64,000 nt of DNA from Syncephalis fuscata S228 (lineage: Eukaryota > Fungi > Zoopagomycota): NCBI GenBank assembly GCA_025786725.1, contig JAHLTZ010000023.1, positions 384,745 to 448,744 on the forward strand, written 5' to 3'. This document shows, piece by piece, positions 25,361-38,053 of this stretch (positions within the stretch are counted from its first letter, which is position 1; each line of letters begins with the position of its first letter). The translations under genes and the position numbers were made by a program. Below the pieces are notes generated by a model, which had not been told where the DNA came from, did no database searches, and saw only the letters and a program-made list of their open reading frames with translations.

Positions 25361-25368
25361 TATAAATA
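25361..25368 (+). promoter_or_regulatory. Candidate TATA box of the C2H2 transcription factor gene
   Basis: TATAAATA followed by a CA-rich leader and a series of clear splice signals leading to the ORF. Confidence 0.45.
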
Positions 25369-26260
25369 CACTTCAAACTTTTCATTCGACTAGCATCACA
25401 TCAAACAGCATCAATCTGTGATACCGTTAACAGTAGCACGACCATCGATTTTCCCACTTATTCCACTGAACCGCACCACAAATATCTTACTGAACAAGCA
25501 TTACTGGTATGTTGTTTATTGCTATTGAATTGCTGAAAAGCATATCTGTGTTAAGAGTGATTTGCGCCTACACGTCGTATACTGTTTAAGGCCTAGTGAT
25601 GTACGCAAATTAATATATATTTGTTCCAATACCGCCCTGCTTGGCAATATACTATAATGGTTAATTTAGCAATTTGCTTAATTGAATTTGTCTCATTATA
25701 GTTGTAGAATTCTATATTAATAGCTTAGTTGAGCCATATATTTTTCTTTACTTTATCGTTATTTTTCGTTCTATATATTCTCGTGCTTTCAACTTGAAGT
25801 TGTTTAAGTTTAATGCAAAGCTATCGCTTTAAAAGGCACGTACCTATCTATCTATCTATCTATATAGTATACGACGTATTTGTCTTTGTGAATACCTTTT
25901 GTTAAAGGTTTTTTTTGCTTTTCCATCGATTCAATATTAACATTATATTTTACAATTGATAGCTAATTTCAGCGTTATTTATTGCAGGTTTACTGCTTAC
26001 AATAGCTACCAAATTGGTTATTTCTTACTGCAACAAATAGCTTATTATCTGTTAGCCACCATCAACTATCGACAGTTTAACAAAATAGCATTATTAGACA
26101 TACTTGATCTGGTAAGTATTCTATGTATATCTAAAATTACTATACTATTTCTAGTCATAATATACCACTTGTTTTATTTAACTAATCAAATAGCTTTTAT
26201 CTAGTGCTTCCGGAAAGCTTAATTAGCTATTGTTGCTTATCTGCTTAAAATTTTAAAAGC

Positions 26261-27806
26261 ATGCTATCTTCCAGTAAGTGCAAATTCTCGTATTGCACAC
26301 ACAAAATCTAATACAATCACATGTATTCCTCTATACTTAGCATACGTAGTATCCGAGGACAGAGATGTTATGAAACCTCAATACTCCAGTCCCTTGGAAT
26401 ATACCGAACGTTTTACAGGCCATAATTACCAATCAATTCCTAAACTAATAATGCCCCATACATCTCCAAAATTAGGCTTGGATAGTTCAATAAGGTGCTC
26501 ATTACCTCCGGTTGCGTCCTTGATAAACGAAACACAACGTGGCACCATTACCACTGCTGAACGGCTTACGTTGTTCAAGCCCAAAAGCATTGAAAGTACC
26601 TTACCGGCATCATTTGATACACCGGAAGGTAGAAGATTTTTACCAATGCGTGGTCATCCTCCATTTGCGCAATCGTTTGAAAGTTTCGACTGTTGTTCCT
26701 TGGCAGTACCGGCACTTAACAAGGAGCAGCATCGGCCAATAGTCTCAGCAGCAACTGAGTGGGTGCCAGCTTTAGATTTAAAATTACAGTCGGGAGTGGC
26801 AGTAACTGGTTTTCAGCACACCGCTAAAGTTTCAAACACATTGGACAATGGCAACTATCGACTCGATTGCAATGAACAGCGCTTGGCCGATTGTACTTTG
26901 GCAAGGTCAACAGATATGCATCCAAGAACATTTAGCGCTACACCGCCTTCCTACACCCCACCAACGTCAATATCTAATCGCTTATCACCTATCTCTACTC
27001 ATCATACACAGCAATCAAGCTGTGACATGGCGGCAAACAACAGCCGACTCGGCTCTACAAGTCCCATATACATGGCACCACAAGAATACGTTTCAAACAA
27101 GCATGGCCGTAAATTTAACTATAATGAAACGTGTCCCCTCGTTTTCAATTCAATTGAAATGTCGACCAATTCTGCACACACAGTCGACACTTTAGATCTA
27201 AATCGAGCTGTTGCCACCAAGGCTGCACAACACATCTCATACACACCTATGGATCAGCCGGTAAGACCAAACGTCAATACAAAAGCACGTGATCACATAT
27301 GTCCCGAGTGCGGCCGTGCTTTCCAGCGTGCCGAACATGTACGCCGCCATCAGCGTACGCATACCAATGAACGACCATTTGTGTGCCCGGTGCTACAGTG
27401 TGGTCGTGCTTTCGGTCGCTCTGACAACTTGAATGCACATTTACGAAGCCACGAAAAGAAGCAGTCAAAATACAACTACTATCGCGGTATTGGCCAGCGT
27501 CGCTCACTCCGTGGCCTCGTATACCTTCATGTTAATGTCAACAAGCCGAATGGCCTCGAGTCTAGCCCGAGTGTATTTACAGTTAACAATGCAGCTAATG
27601 CAGATCGTACCAACGCACCTATCAACGGTCCTTTTGAACATCAATATCCAGTAGCACGTAATGGTGTGTATACCTTCTCTCATACACAGTCAAGAGCCAT
27701 GTTCCATCATGCTTCTATCTCATCTGTCTCCCCTAAATCATCAGCACGCTCCCTATCCAGTACACCCTCATTATCGCCATCATTTGAAATGTCTTGTTTG
27801 CGTTAA
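26261..27806 (+). CDS. Two-finger C2H2 zinc-finger transcription factor (Msn2/CreA/EGR-like fingers)
   Basis: CPECGRAFQRAEHVRRHQRTH-TNERPF-VCPVLQCGRAFGRSDNLNAHLRSH. ATG 26261 splices in frame via intron 26274-26340 into ORF 26370. Confidence 0.9.
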
Positions 27807-28217
27807 CAATTTGCTATTACCATACACGTGTGCGTGCCCGTATATGTACTGTTTTAAATATTGATATTTGGATTTGCCACTATTAATATCGCAGTCATAT
27901 TGAACCTCTTGTCATTACTTTATTCTGTGCACAACAATATCTTGTGCGCTTGTTACTTATTTACTTTCACACTTTTGAATATAGTTGATTTGCAAAGCGT
28001 CCTTTTTGTCGCCCATTTATTCTTCATTTATAGAACTCGGTGGCTTCCACTTTGGAATTAGCCACACTATTAATGAAGATGCATTGACTTGGAATATATT
28101 TTAATAACAAGGTTTATTATAAACAAACATTATAATAAATACACTAATTAGCATTATATACTATGCATTTATAATTATAACTGATGTTTATTTTATTACT
28201 AGATAAATGACAATTGA

Positions 28218-30316
28218 CTATAGACGATAGATGCGTGCACCAGCACCGGCACGACATACAAATGCAGCTGTATTAGGATCCACCAAATTATCATGATTTG
28301 AATAATAAGCGGCAGACACATTTTTTGAAAACTGATCAGCATTTTCTTCTGATACTAGTGCTATACAACAGCCGCCCCAGCCGGCACCGGTAAGTCTTGC
28401 GCCATAAGCACCATTGTTTCTATTATTGCACATTTAATTAGTAATTGTTTTTGTTGTACAGATTAAAATAACGCTACCGGCAAATCTCGGTTAATCTATC
28501 CAATTCTGGACAGCTACATTCGTACAAATCTCTGCAGCTATCTTGACTTTGATTCATCAAATACCAAGTATCTATTGTACGTAAATACTTGATCATACTA
28601 ACTTAATCTGCCCTTACTGTTTTAAACTCTTCCTGTTGCTGTATAGTAGTTGCATGGACCGCTGCCTTCATACAGACTTCACGAAAACGACACACACGTG
28701 CCGCTTCCGAGTATACATGATAGGCTCTATCGTGTAATTTCAATTTATCTACTTGCACAGGAATTTTAACAAGTAAGTATTTGACAGCTCCTGCATCTAT
28801 ATCAAACTATTAGTTAGTAGTGTAAGTATTTCAATAAACTACTATATAACTTGCCGTTATCCCAGCAGCTACGGCTACTTCTTCTAAAGTATAAGTAGGC
28901 TGTTTAAACACTGCATCTACTTGATTTAAAAGCAACTCTAACGCTTCTGCATCCTCGCACGCATCATCGCTTGTGTAATAGCCTTTTTTGTTAGCCATAA
29001 TTGAGCTACACCACGTAGTGTAAACGTTTCTAATGTATGATTGTTTTTTATGTCATTCATATCAGCCGCACTATTAGATGGGGAGAAGAGATCAAGTTGG
29101 TGGGCCAGTATTCGAGCAGCCAATCGAGTTTCCAATACACGTATATTAAACTGATAATCTGCAGCCATTGCTTTCTCAGACATTACTAACGAATTAAATA
29201 CAACAATGGCAGATTGTGGCGGTAATGGAATTGGAGCAGCAGCTAATGTTGGCTGGAATCGAATAAATAAGGCATGGTCACTTTCGGCGAATAGACTGCA
29301 CGTCTGGTCCATTCTATACTTTTATGAATAACATTTTATATAGCACACAACAAGCTTACCCGCCTCCGTTCGTACCAACATACTGTTCTGAACGTGCACA
29401 AGTAATGGCAAGCTGGCTCTAAATCGCCTTTCATAAGTATTACGATAATTGAAATTGCAGCCATAACTTAGCCAACTAATCACCTTAGTAAATGTCCAAT
29501 TATTAATAGCAGTTGTAGCCAGCGCGGAAGCCACTACCAAAGCCGATGAACTTGATAATCCAGCATCCTAAATAAATAATAATTAATTTGACACAGCTTT
29601 AACGCTTAATGTATGCTACTTACCGCTGGAATCGTTCCCTCTACTAAAATATCGATACCATGTAATTCTGTGGCCCTCGCGTCTTCAATTGCTCCCTAGT
29701 AATTTGTGATGAAGCCTCGTTTCAATAATAAATTATCCCATTGCTTACTCGAATACCACATTTTACATAATTCGTCCATCGGTGGTGTTTTACATCAATA
29801 TCCACTGCACATTGCGTCCCGGTTGTATCGAAGCATCGCAGGTCAAATGTTTCACGCGCATAATGGCTAGATTGCGTACTAGCAACATTAACCATAGCGG
29901 TGTTACCAGCAGATGTATGTGTACTATTGCTAGAGCAGGCCACTAATATATCCCGATCTAGAGCCACAGGCAATACGGCAAACTCGGCATAATCAATATG
30001 CTCGCCTGTATCGGTATACTGTTGTTAATGCCAATATTCTCCGATAAATCCGACCTACCTATTAGATTGACGCGTCCCGGTGCACGTGCAATGTATTGCG
30101 GTGGTCGGCCGTATAATTCGGCAAATTGCTGAACCAGCTGCTTATATCGTTTGCTACTTGAATAGTAAGGGACCGTATATGATATTTAATCATTGGCTTA
30201 TATTGTCATATAAACATTCACTACACTTACACAAGTAAAACAGTTTCTTCAGACAAAGCTTGATCTAGATCAATAGTAGGCACAAGCCCCTCAGGCTTTG
30301 CAAAACAGCTTTCCAT
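28218..30316 (-). CDS. GAL1: Galactokinase (GHMP kinase; GAL1/GALK2-like), multi-exon
   Basis: [10 protein letters not shown]|[58 protein letters not shown]. Apparent frameshift around 28940-28990. Confidence 0.92.
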
Positions 30317-30561
30317 TAGAATAGCAGTATTACCAGTTATAATAGAGTAGAAGACAAACACAATAGGAAAAAATAAAAGACTACTATCTGAAGTTCAAAT
30401 TGATATCAAATCAACTTTCTGAAACCGTTCAAGACACGTCATCCATTTGTCTTAGTTGTTTCCAACTTTATTAACGCTGCACGGTGCTTACCACACGCGC
30501 GCACACCATCTATTCTCCTTTCATTCAACTACTAGTTTGCTTTTGCACCAAGATCAACAAC

Positions 30562-30857
30562 ATGCTCTCTCTTGCTCGTGTCTCTGCCACCCGTGCAACT
30601 TCAATGCGCGCCACTGCAGTGTGTGCCGTTGCTCGTCGCATGTACACCGACGAAGGTGCCATTCGTGGTGCCAACGATAGTTTTTCTAAAAAAGTCAGTA
30701 TTGATCGTTGATCTTGCTTGATAACATTGATATGCAAAAAACTAACGTTTACATATGCTACATAGGAAAAGGCTGTTGAAGATCAATATTTCCGTATGCA
30801 GGTAAGTTAATGAGATTCTGTTTATTTTGTGCATGGATCTCTGTAAATCTATTCATT

Positions 30858-30895
<38 letters not shown>

Positions 30896-31016
30896 TACTA
30901 TGGCGTGGCTCTAGGATGCTGAAAAACTCAAGCATTTGAAAGAAGAGCTCGAAAAACTTAAGAAGGATATCAGCGAGATCAAACAAACCACGAAAAAGCC
31001 ACAAGGACAGCAGTAA
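30562..31016 (+). CDS. INH1: Mitochondrial F1Fo-ATPase inhibitor IF1, 3 exons
   Basis: Presequence + YTDEGAIRGANDSFSKK|EKAVEDQYFRMQ|DAEKLKHLKEELEKLKKDISEIKQ. Divergent from galactokinase across ~245 bp. Confidence 0.92.
30859..30895. repeat. (AAT)n microsatellite in IF1 intron 2
   Basis: About 12 units, read directly. Confidence 0.9.
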
Positions 31017-31330
31017 ATACCGTTTAATTTACTAATGACTTTATGTCGTGTTGGTGTTTGATTGGCACTGTAGTTACTATTTCAATAATACTACACATCT
31101 ATAAACTGACTGTTGGACACAATTAATTCATTACTTGTTTAATTGATTAGTTTACTGTTCGACATTATAAAAAAATTGCTTCATATTTGTATTGATATCC
31201 ATGTATTTGTTAACTGGTTATCGCACAGTGTACCACTTATTAGTTGATCATCACAGTATATTATTTATTAGAAGCTACTGTATTTTGAATATTTATCCTT
31301 AAACTGAGATAAAGATCCGTAACTCGAATA

Positions 31331-31865
31331 ATAAACCGTCGATCAGTTTTACTACTGAGAAGGGATTTGTTACAATGTCATATCAACTTTGATTGAATTA
31401 ATCAGTGGCAATCAATCTGCACTATTTCCAATATCAAAATAAATAAATAATATTTTCATGCTACTTACAATAAAGTATTACATTTAATTATGACGTTGAT
31501 GCAACAGTGTCAGTTTGATTTCTTATAATAATAGGTGGTAAGAAATCAGAAGGCCTTGATTCACCACTGGCCATTGTACTGAATATACTGTGCATGTTTC
31601 TGCTGGCATTAACGTCACGCTGTCATACCATACGACAATTATTGTTTTGACAAACAAGTACGCTATGCATTGTGCTGTTGTGTTTTTCCATATGTAAATC
31701 TGCCATCTTCTTTTTCTTGCATTTGGAACAGACTTTTGATGTATTGTATTCATCAATATCTACGATCACCAAAGTTCTTGTCGCTCAGCAGTTTTGAGCA
31801 CCTTTCTGCAACGATTGACCAACAACAACAATGATCAGCCTTAAATGTTTCAAATAAATCAAATA
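31331..31865 (+). repeat. Dispersed repeat family B, copy 1
   Basis: Start ATAAACCGTCGATCAGTTTTACTACTGAGAAGGGATTTGTT and end CAACAACAACAATGATCAGCCTTAAATGTTTCAAATAAATCAAAT match 57181 and ~58131-58175. Confidence 0.7.
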
Positions 31866-32003
31866 GTATGCTACATTCTTTATTAAATGTTTATTGTAAA
31901 TGATCATTTAAATGCAAATTAATCTAATCAACTCGTCAACTATTTATATCATTACAATCGATTGCGTAAAATGATTTGCTGCCTTGGGGTATTAAAATAA
32001 ATA

Positions 32004-33084
32004 TCAATCAATTAAAAAATCAGCACCCAGTTTTTCATGAAATATATCTTGCGTAAACTCCCAAAACTGGTCTTGTAATTGCTCGTCATTAGTAGCGGCA
32101 CTTGGCTGTCCAATCTGACCATATGGTATAAAGTAGGCGCCGTTACATTGTCTTTCACCTGCTTCTGGTGCAGTAGCTGCGAATAACGTAGTCAGTGCGC
32201 CATCGGCTAGCGGTACAGAGAACGGTGCGCTAGTTAATGTTAATAAAATATTTACAAACCAACCCAACGATTCATATGAGTATCTAGATATTTCTGAAGC
32301 TACAACGCCAGGATGAACAGCACTGATAATTACAGGCAGTGTGTTGTTTGTGGGTTCATTTGATTCAGATGTTGCCATTTGACGTGCCATCTTTTTGGCC
32401 GTTAGAATATTGGCCAACTTTGTATAGCCATAGCATAATAAAGGTGAATAAATAGCTGCATCATTGACTTGTGCCAAAGTCATCCGCATTGGCCCGCTAT
32501 AGCTGAAGTTATGGCCACGACTGCTTGTAAATATGATTCGTGCCGGTTCTGTCGCCGTACCAGCCGCAGTCACTGCCGATAATAATTGCTGTGTAAACAG
32601 CGTGGGCCCTAAATGATTAACAGAAACTGAAACTCGATGCCCGTATCTTCTGTTAGCATAAATGGTGTAGCCATAACACCAGCATTATTGACAAGCAAAT
32701 GAATTCGAGGTTCTTTGGCTAGAAGCGTAGTGGCGGCATCAAGAACTTGATGTAAATCGCCAAGTTAAGTAGAAGAAAGTAAAGTTCTGGACTCTGTCTA
32801 TTATCGTCGGTAGCAGTTTCTTGAAGTGTAGCCTTTATTCTTTCAATGGCACCAATGCGCGCTCTTTGTTTCGACAAGCTAAGTAGACACGGCAACCATG
32901 ACGTGCTAATTCCAATGCTACTTCATAGCCAATGCCGGTGTTGGCTCCTGTTACGACGGCTACCTAATTCCCTTTGTCATTACAAGCTTCTTATACTATT
33001 ATTATTGCTTACCTTGCTGGTAAGATCGGGTATGTTATCCACAGAGAAAGGTGTTGAAAAGAAGCTGTTAATATATTTATTCAT
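32004..33084 (-). CDS. Short-chain dehydrogenase/reductase (retinol dehydrogenase/WWOX-like)
   Basis: IPDLTSK|[49 protein letters not shown] (YxxxK), VHPGVV. Several apparent single-base frameshifts at 32600-32870. Confidence 0.9.
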
Positions 33085-33347
33085 GATAGCAGAGAAATAG
33101 AAAATATTATTCTGATAAAAAGTATGTAGACTTATGGTAATATCGGGGATATAGATGGTAGACACTTGTTAGCTGTGAACATAGGAACAGTTACACGAAT
33201 TGATATGCGGAGTTGATGGTGAGATACTGCAAAGCATTCAGGTTCCAGTATTAAATACGTTTACTATATAATGATAGCCTTATGCAATATCAATAAGCAC
33301 ATTATTCGTTTTCATTTACATGTTAGTTCTACTTTATTATACTATAT

Positions 33348-34003
33348 TTATTATATTTAATTATATTTGTTAGTATACTGAATATATGTTCTATGATAAT
33401 GAGTAGTTTTGGTGTCAAATGACTTTTATTCTTAATGCGTTTATTCATTTACTATCAATCTGTTCTATGATGCACCGATATGTTGGGTAGATTGGCTTTT
33501 ATTATTTACACTCCATTTATTAATCAATTAAACTCGCTGTTTATAAATATTGACTGACAGGTTCACATCTCACAATCTACGTCATCGCATTTCCCTTTCT
33601 CTTTCTTTACACTTGACAGCATATATCCATGCATATATTTGTACACTCCATATATACATATAAATAGTGTCAGTAGTTGGCTGATACTAGTTAGGTACAA
33701 CACCTTCTACACTATGTACTTGCATTGCTCTTTTGTAATCTGACCTTTATTACTCCAATTAATATTGCAGCTTCTTTAGCATAATAGATACATTTTTAGT
33801 TTGTTTTATGTTATTCTGAATATATGCTATGAAAACTTGTTTTATACTTTGCTCTTACTATAAATTGCCATTACTATTCATTTAGCAACAGTTCTACCAT
33901 CTCAACAGTGACAATGCGATCTGTCAATGTAATGACAATACAAATTGTTATTAGTACAATATGCACTGACGATCTATGGCAAACTGAAATATAAAGTTGT
34001 TCT
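33348..34003 (+). repeat. Dispersed repeat family A, copy 1 (inverted relative to 47504-48161); possible non-autonomous mobile element
   Basis: Near-identical reverse complement of 47504-48161 over ~650 bp, e.g. CTCAACAGTGACAATGCGATCTGTCAATG vs CATTGACAGATCGCATTGTCACTGTTGAG. Confidence 0.9.
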
Positions 34004-34210
34004 GGCAATATATCAACGCTAATTATAGCAATAAACAATTATTAAAAAGTAAATTTATTTAAACCAAAACTACTTTGTAACAATAAACGATAAATTCAAA
34101 TGGTCAACATAATAATAATAATAATAATCATAATAATCATAAATGCTGGCTTGGTAAAGTCTACGCTTTAACCTTCAAACCGAATGCTCTTCTGCTGTTG
34201 CATAAACTTA

Positions 34211-35518
34211 TCAGTTATCAATAATGGCAATGTGAGATTGGCTTTCGGTGATGGCACCTTCTAGTTCCAAATCAGAATCATTTAACTCATCTAATCGTGG
34301 AATTGCAGTGGCAGCTCCTATGCCAAATACAGCACGTTTCATCTGCACAACTTCTTTAAGCACTTCTACCGGCTCAAAGACACATCGTACAAGTAAGCAT
34401 TGCTGGGCCTGTTGAACACGTTGCTGCTCAAGCCAATCCTCTGCATGTGCTACGCGATCTTCGACAGTCGCTACACGCTCAACAACCTCATGTCGCTGTT
34501 GCTCTTCATTGCGTGCTACCATTTTGACCTGTCGTACGGCACGGTCAATTTTGGTTAGCACCTCATCCTTGACTACACGCATATCTTCTTCGCGTATAAC
34601 TAATAGACGCAGCTCAGCAATTTGTTCTTCAACGTCGGCCAGCTGTAGACGAATACGGTCCGCCTCATGTGGACTCCAGGTTAGTTCACGTCGCAGACGT
34701 ATTGCACGTCGACGTAATATAGCGGTTACGTGTGTAATAGGCCGAATTAAAGCAACAAGCACGTATAGTAGAGCACTGCTAGGTGAAATACGTTGTAATG
34801 CCGTCAATTGAAAGCGTAACTGCCGCAATAGCCAGGCCGCAACTAATGGCGCTATAAATGTCATTGCCAAAGCAATGTATTCCCATTGCTGTAACTGCCC
34901 TAGCCGTTTTTTGCCTCGTCGTTTTAACACATGTATTTGCTTTTGTAGTCGAGATGATTCGTAAAAGTCCCATGGTATTTGCATAACGTAATAAAGAAAC
35001 CAGCCAATAGCTACTAAGGTTACAGCATCACCCCAGCCTTGAGCAGTACCAATAAATAACGATCCAACTGCTGGCAATACAACCATTAAGACCGGTAGCT
35101 GGCCTATACGCCCAATAGTTATACTTGTGTTGGCAGTAATATCCGCTGCTCCTTCACTCTGTGGCGAGCCATTATCGCCGTTCGTCGCTGTAAATGTAGA
35201 TTGTTTCTTGTGCGTCATTTCATCCATCACTGCAGCTAGCATTTCTCGCTCTTCTTCCGTCCATGGCTCTTCACTCCCATTTGATGATTCACGGCCATCG
35301 TGATTATGCTTTGCCGCTCCTCCTCTAGAACGATGACGTCGCTGACGATAACCTTCAGGTCCAGGTCGGACATTAACAAACATTCCAGTGCTGTGTGCGC
35401 CTGGTTCAATAATACGCTGACGTTGTTCAAACTCAGCCGACATATCGGTCAATGAATCCGTATCCGCGTCACTGACTTTAGCACTTGGTATATACTGAGA
35501 AGGCAGTGATATATCCAA
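34211..35518 (-). CDS. Uncharacterised 4-TM + coiled-coil membrane protein, paralog 1 (5' end uncertain)
   Basis: 435-codon ORF containing LPAVGSLFIGTAQGWGDAVTLVAIGWFLYYVMQIPWDFY and a C-terminal coiled coil. A splice acceptor at 35524-35522 suggests an upstream exon; the first in-ORF ATG is 35443. Confidence 0.8.
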   Translation of the reverse strand: MDISLPSQYIPSAKVSDADTDSLTDMSAEFEQRQRIIEPGAHSTGMFVNVRPGPEGYRQRRHRSRGGAAKHNHDGRESSNGSEEPWTEEEREMLAAVMDEMTHKKQSTFTATNGDNGSPQSEGAADITANTSITIGRIGQLPVLMVVLPAVGSLFIGTAQGWGDAVTLVAIGWFLYYVMQIPWDFYESSRLQKQIHVLKRRGKKRLGQLQQWEYIALAMTFIAPLVAAWLLRQLRFQLTALQRISPSSALLYVLVALIRPITHVTAILRRRAIRLRRELTWSPHEADRIRLQLADVEEQIAELRLLVIREEDMRVVKDEVLTKIDRAVRQVKMVARNEEQQRHEVVERVATVEDRVAHAEDWLEQQRVQQAQQCLLVRCVFEPVEVLKEVVQMKRAVFGIGAATAIPRLDELNDSDLELEGAITESQSHIAIIDN

Positions 35519-36802
35519 AAACTATCAACAATACAAAAAGTCAGTATTTCGCAATATAATTTATTCTATAAAAGAATAGCAATGTGTAATTCACAAGTAC
35601 ACTAATAGCCAAGTAAAGACGACCAACTAGTTGTTTACAAGTCGACAGTAGTAGGCAACTTTTAACAATTGGCAAACGAATGAAAAGGAGATGGTACACA
35701 GCAATAAGTACAATAACGCTGGTGCTATTTATTATTGTCATAATTAATGTATAATGACTACAGCTAGCTATTACAATATAATATACCAGTATACTTATAC
35801 TTTACTATATATTACTGTATTATTATTATTATTCAATACTTGCCTGGTATTCTTTTACTTTCTTTTTGCCTTCGTTGTCGTTGTTGTTTATTAGTCATAA
35901 TAGCAGGGAAAGGTGGACTGTCTTCGTATCAGTTGTATTAAAGCAGAAGAATATGTAGAAAATAAAACTTTGCCTTAATCTTTTTACCATCATTAATGTA
36001 CCACAGCTATCACAAGGAACACATGTACTTATTCTACATACAAATTATAAGTGGAATAAGCATCATTATTTGCTCTGTGCCTTATTTTCAATACTATTAC
36101 TTCACATGCTTGCAAAACAGAGCAGCAGAGGCATCTTTTCGGGTCATTCGATCACGCCCGACAATAACATGTGAAGGAAAATACATTCGTTTTAGTATTC
36201 CATAACTTCTTTTTAGTTTTCAACAAAAATAGTCGGTTAAGAGACTACTGGATTGTCGTAGTAACTTTTCCTTCAAAAATACGAATAAATCTGCATACGT
36301 ATTTGCTGTATCTTTATGGGTCGTAACTATACTTGTGGTCGTCCAGGATTGTAAATTAATTTAATAACTAACGTGGTCTGTGTAGCCATTCATTGTCTTG
36401 TGGCTAATTTCTCTATCTGCTCTACGTAAGCAGGTAATTTCTCCATTTATGTTTGATCACCTTTAACTGTACCGCTTTCAAGTTTTATTCTTGTTTCTTT
36501 TCGTGCTTGTATGTTTAACGTTTATTACACATACCTGCGTAGTTATCACTTCTATGTCTCAGTGTTGATTGCAAATAGTAGTAAACGTTGTACAGAGCTC
36601 ACACACCACACACACACACACGCTTTTTATCCAACTGTAGCTAGTCTATACTGCCGTCATTGGTTGGTCAATAGTAGACTATTTTGCTCTTGTAAACAAT
36701 AGTATACGGCAATAAATTACGCAAATATTTGTGATAAGTAAACTTATTGTGCTAGTCAAGAGATTTAACGTGCTTAGTGTTGAAGTCAACAGTTTGTGCG
36801 CT

Positions 36803-38053
36803 ATGCCACAACGCTCTAAAGCTTTTAACGGCAATTCGTCAGCTTCAAATACACCTTCTATGCCATCGAGAACAATGCCGGTGCGCCGCACCAGCAGCTC
36901 ACATAGCATTACGGGCGATCCACCAAATACATCCTGGATGGATCGCTTGCGTACGACAGCTAACCAAGTAGCTGGAAAGACAGATAGCCATAGGCATGAC
37001 AACCTTCACTCACATGCCTATCCTTCCTCTTTCAACAATATAAATAATGGTCATGGACTGCAGGATGGTTTAGCACCATCTAGTAACGAACAAACTACAC
37101 TAAAATGGCCTATTGTTATACTAGCACTACCACCTATTGGCGCACTTTTCGTCGGAACAGCCCAAGGCTGGAGTGATGGCATTACTCTTGTTTTCATTGG
37201 TATTTATCTTTATTATTTGGTAAAAGGTAAATTATACGAACTATTAAATGGCTATATACTTTATATTAATTATAATCGATACGTTTAGTACCTTGGGAGT
37301 TATATCATGCCACACAGACTGATGCAGCCACGCGCAAGCTAGCGCTTTCAGCTAATGCGACACCGCAGCAACGCTTGGCGCTCGCCAGTCTTCGAAAACA
37401 AGAATGGCTTTCATTATTTCTTGTATTAGTGGCACCTTTACTGGGTGGCTATGCACTTTATCTGGCCAAAAATTATCTAATGATTGCCCAGTATCTAACG
37501 CCAAGTAATATCATGCTATACGTTATGGTTGCCTCTATGCGACCTCTTACCCATTAATTCATTTATTGCAAGGAAGAGCGGTTGAGCTACAACGCGATCT
37601 TGCCTGGCATGATACAGATGCAGCCCAGCTACGACGACGCCTTGACCAATTGGAATTATCACTACGTGAATTACGTCTAGCATGTGCAACTGAAGACGAT
37701 GTCGACGCGTTAAAAGATGAGGTACGCAGTGTATTGGGCCAAGTATCGCGTGGTACCCGACAACAGCTACGTAAAGAGCAAAAGGAACGCCTTGCATCGC
37801 AACACGTATCGACATGACTGAGGAACGCGTCCGCGAAGTTGAGGAATGGTGTGAGCGTCAACGAGCACGTCAATCTCATAATACAATTTTACGACTAATG
37901 TGGGAACCGATGAGTGTGTTTAAAGAAGCAATTGGCGTTGCTAGGGTGCCATTATTAGGATTTGGTGGACATCCGACAATGGCAGTGGCGCTACGACAAG
38001 CAGGCTATCAAAGGATACAAATACTGCTTTATCAGCCACTAATGAACCGATAA
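36803..38053 (+). CDS. Uncharacterised 4-TM + coiled-coil membrane protein, paralog 2
   Basis: LPPIGALFVGTAQGWSDGITLVFIGIYLYYLVK|VPWELY (intron 37227-37288), colinear with paralog 1. Apparent frameshifts at ~37555 and ~37812. Confidence 0.8.

Noticed and set aside
13711-30316. Galactose-utilisation gene cluster (GH + C2H2 factor + galactokinase)
   Set aside because: The genes are separated by NST1 and 4 kb of intergenic DNA; no GAL7 or GAL10 is present; the GH substrate is unknown.
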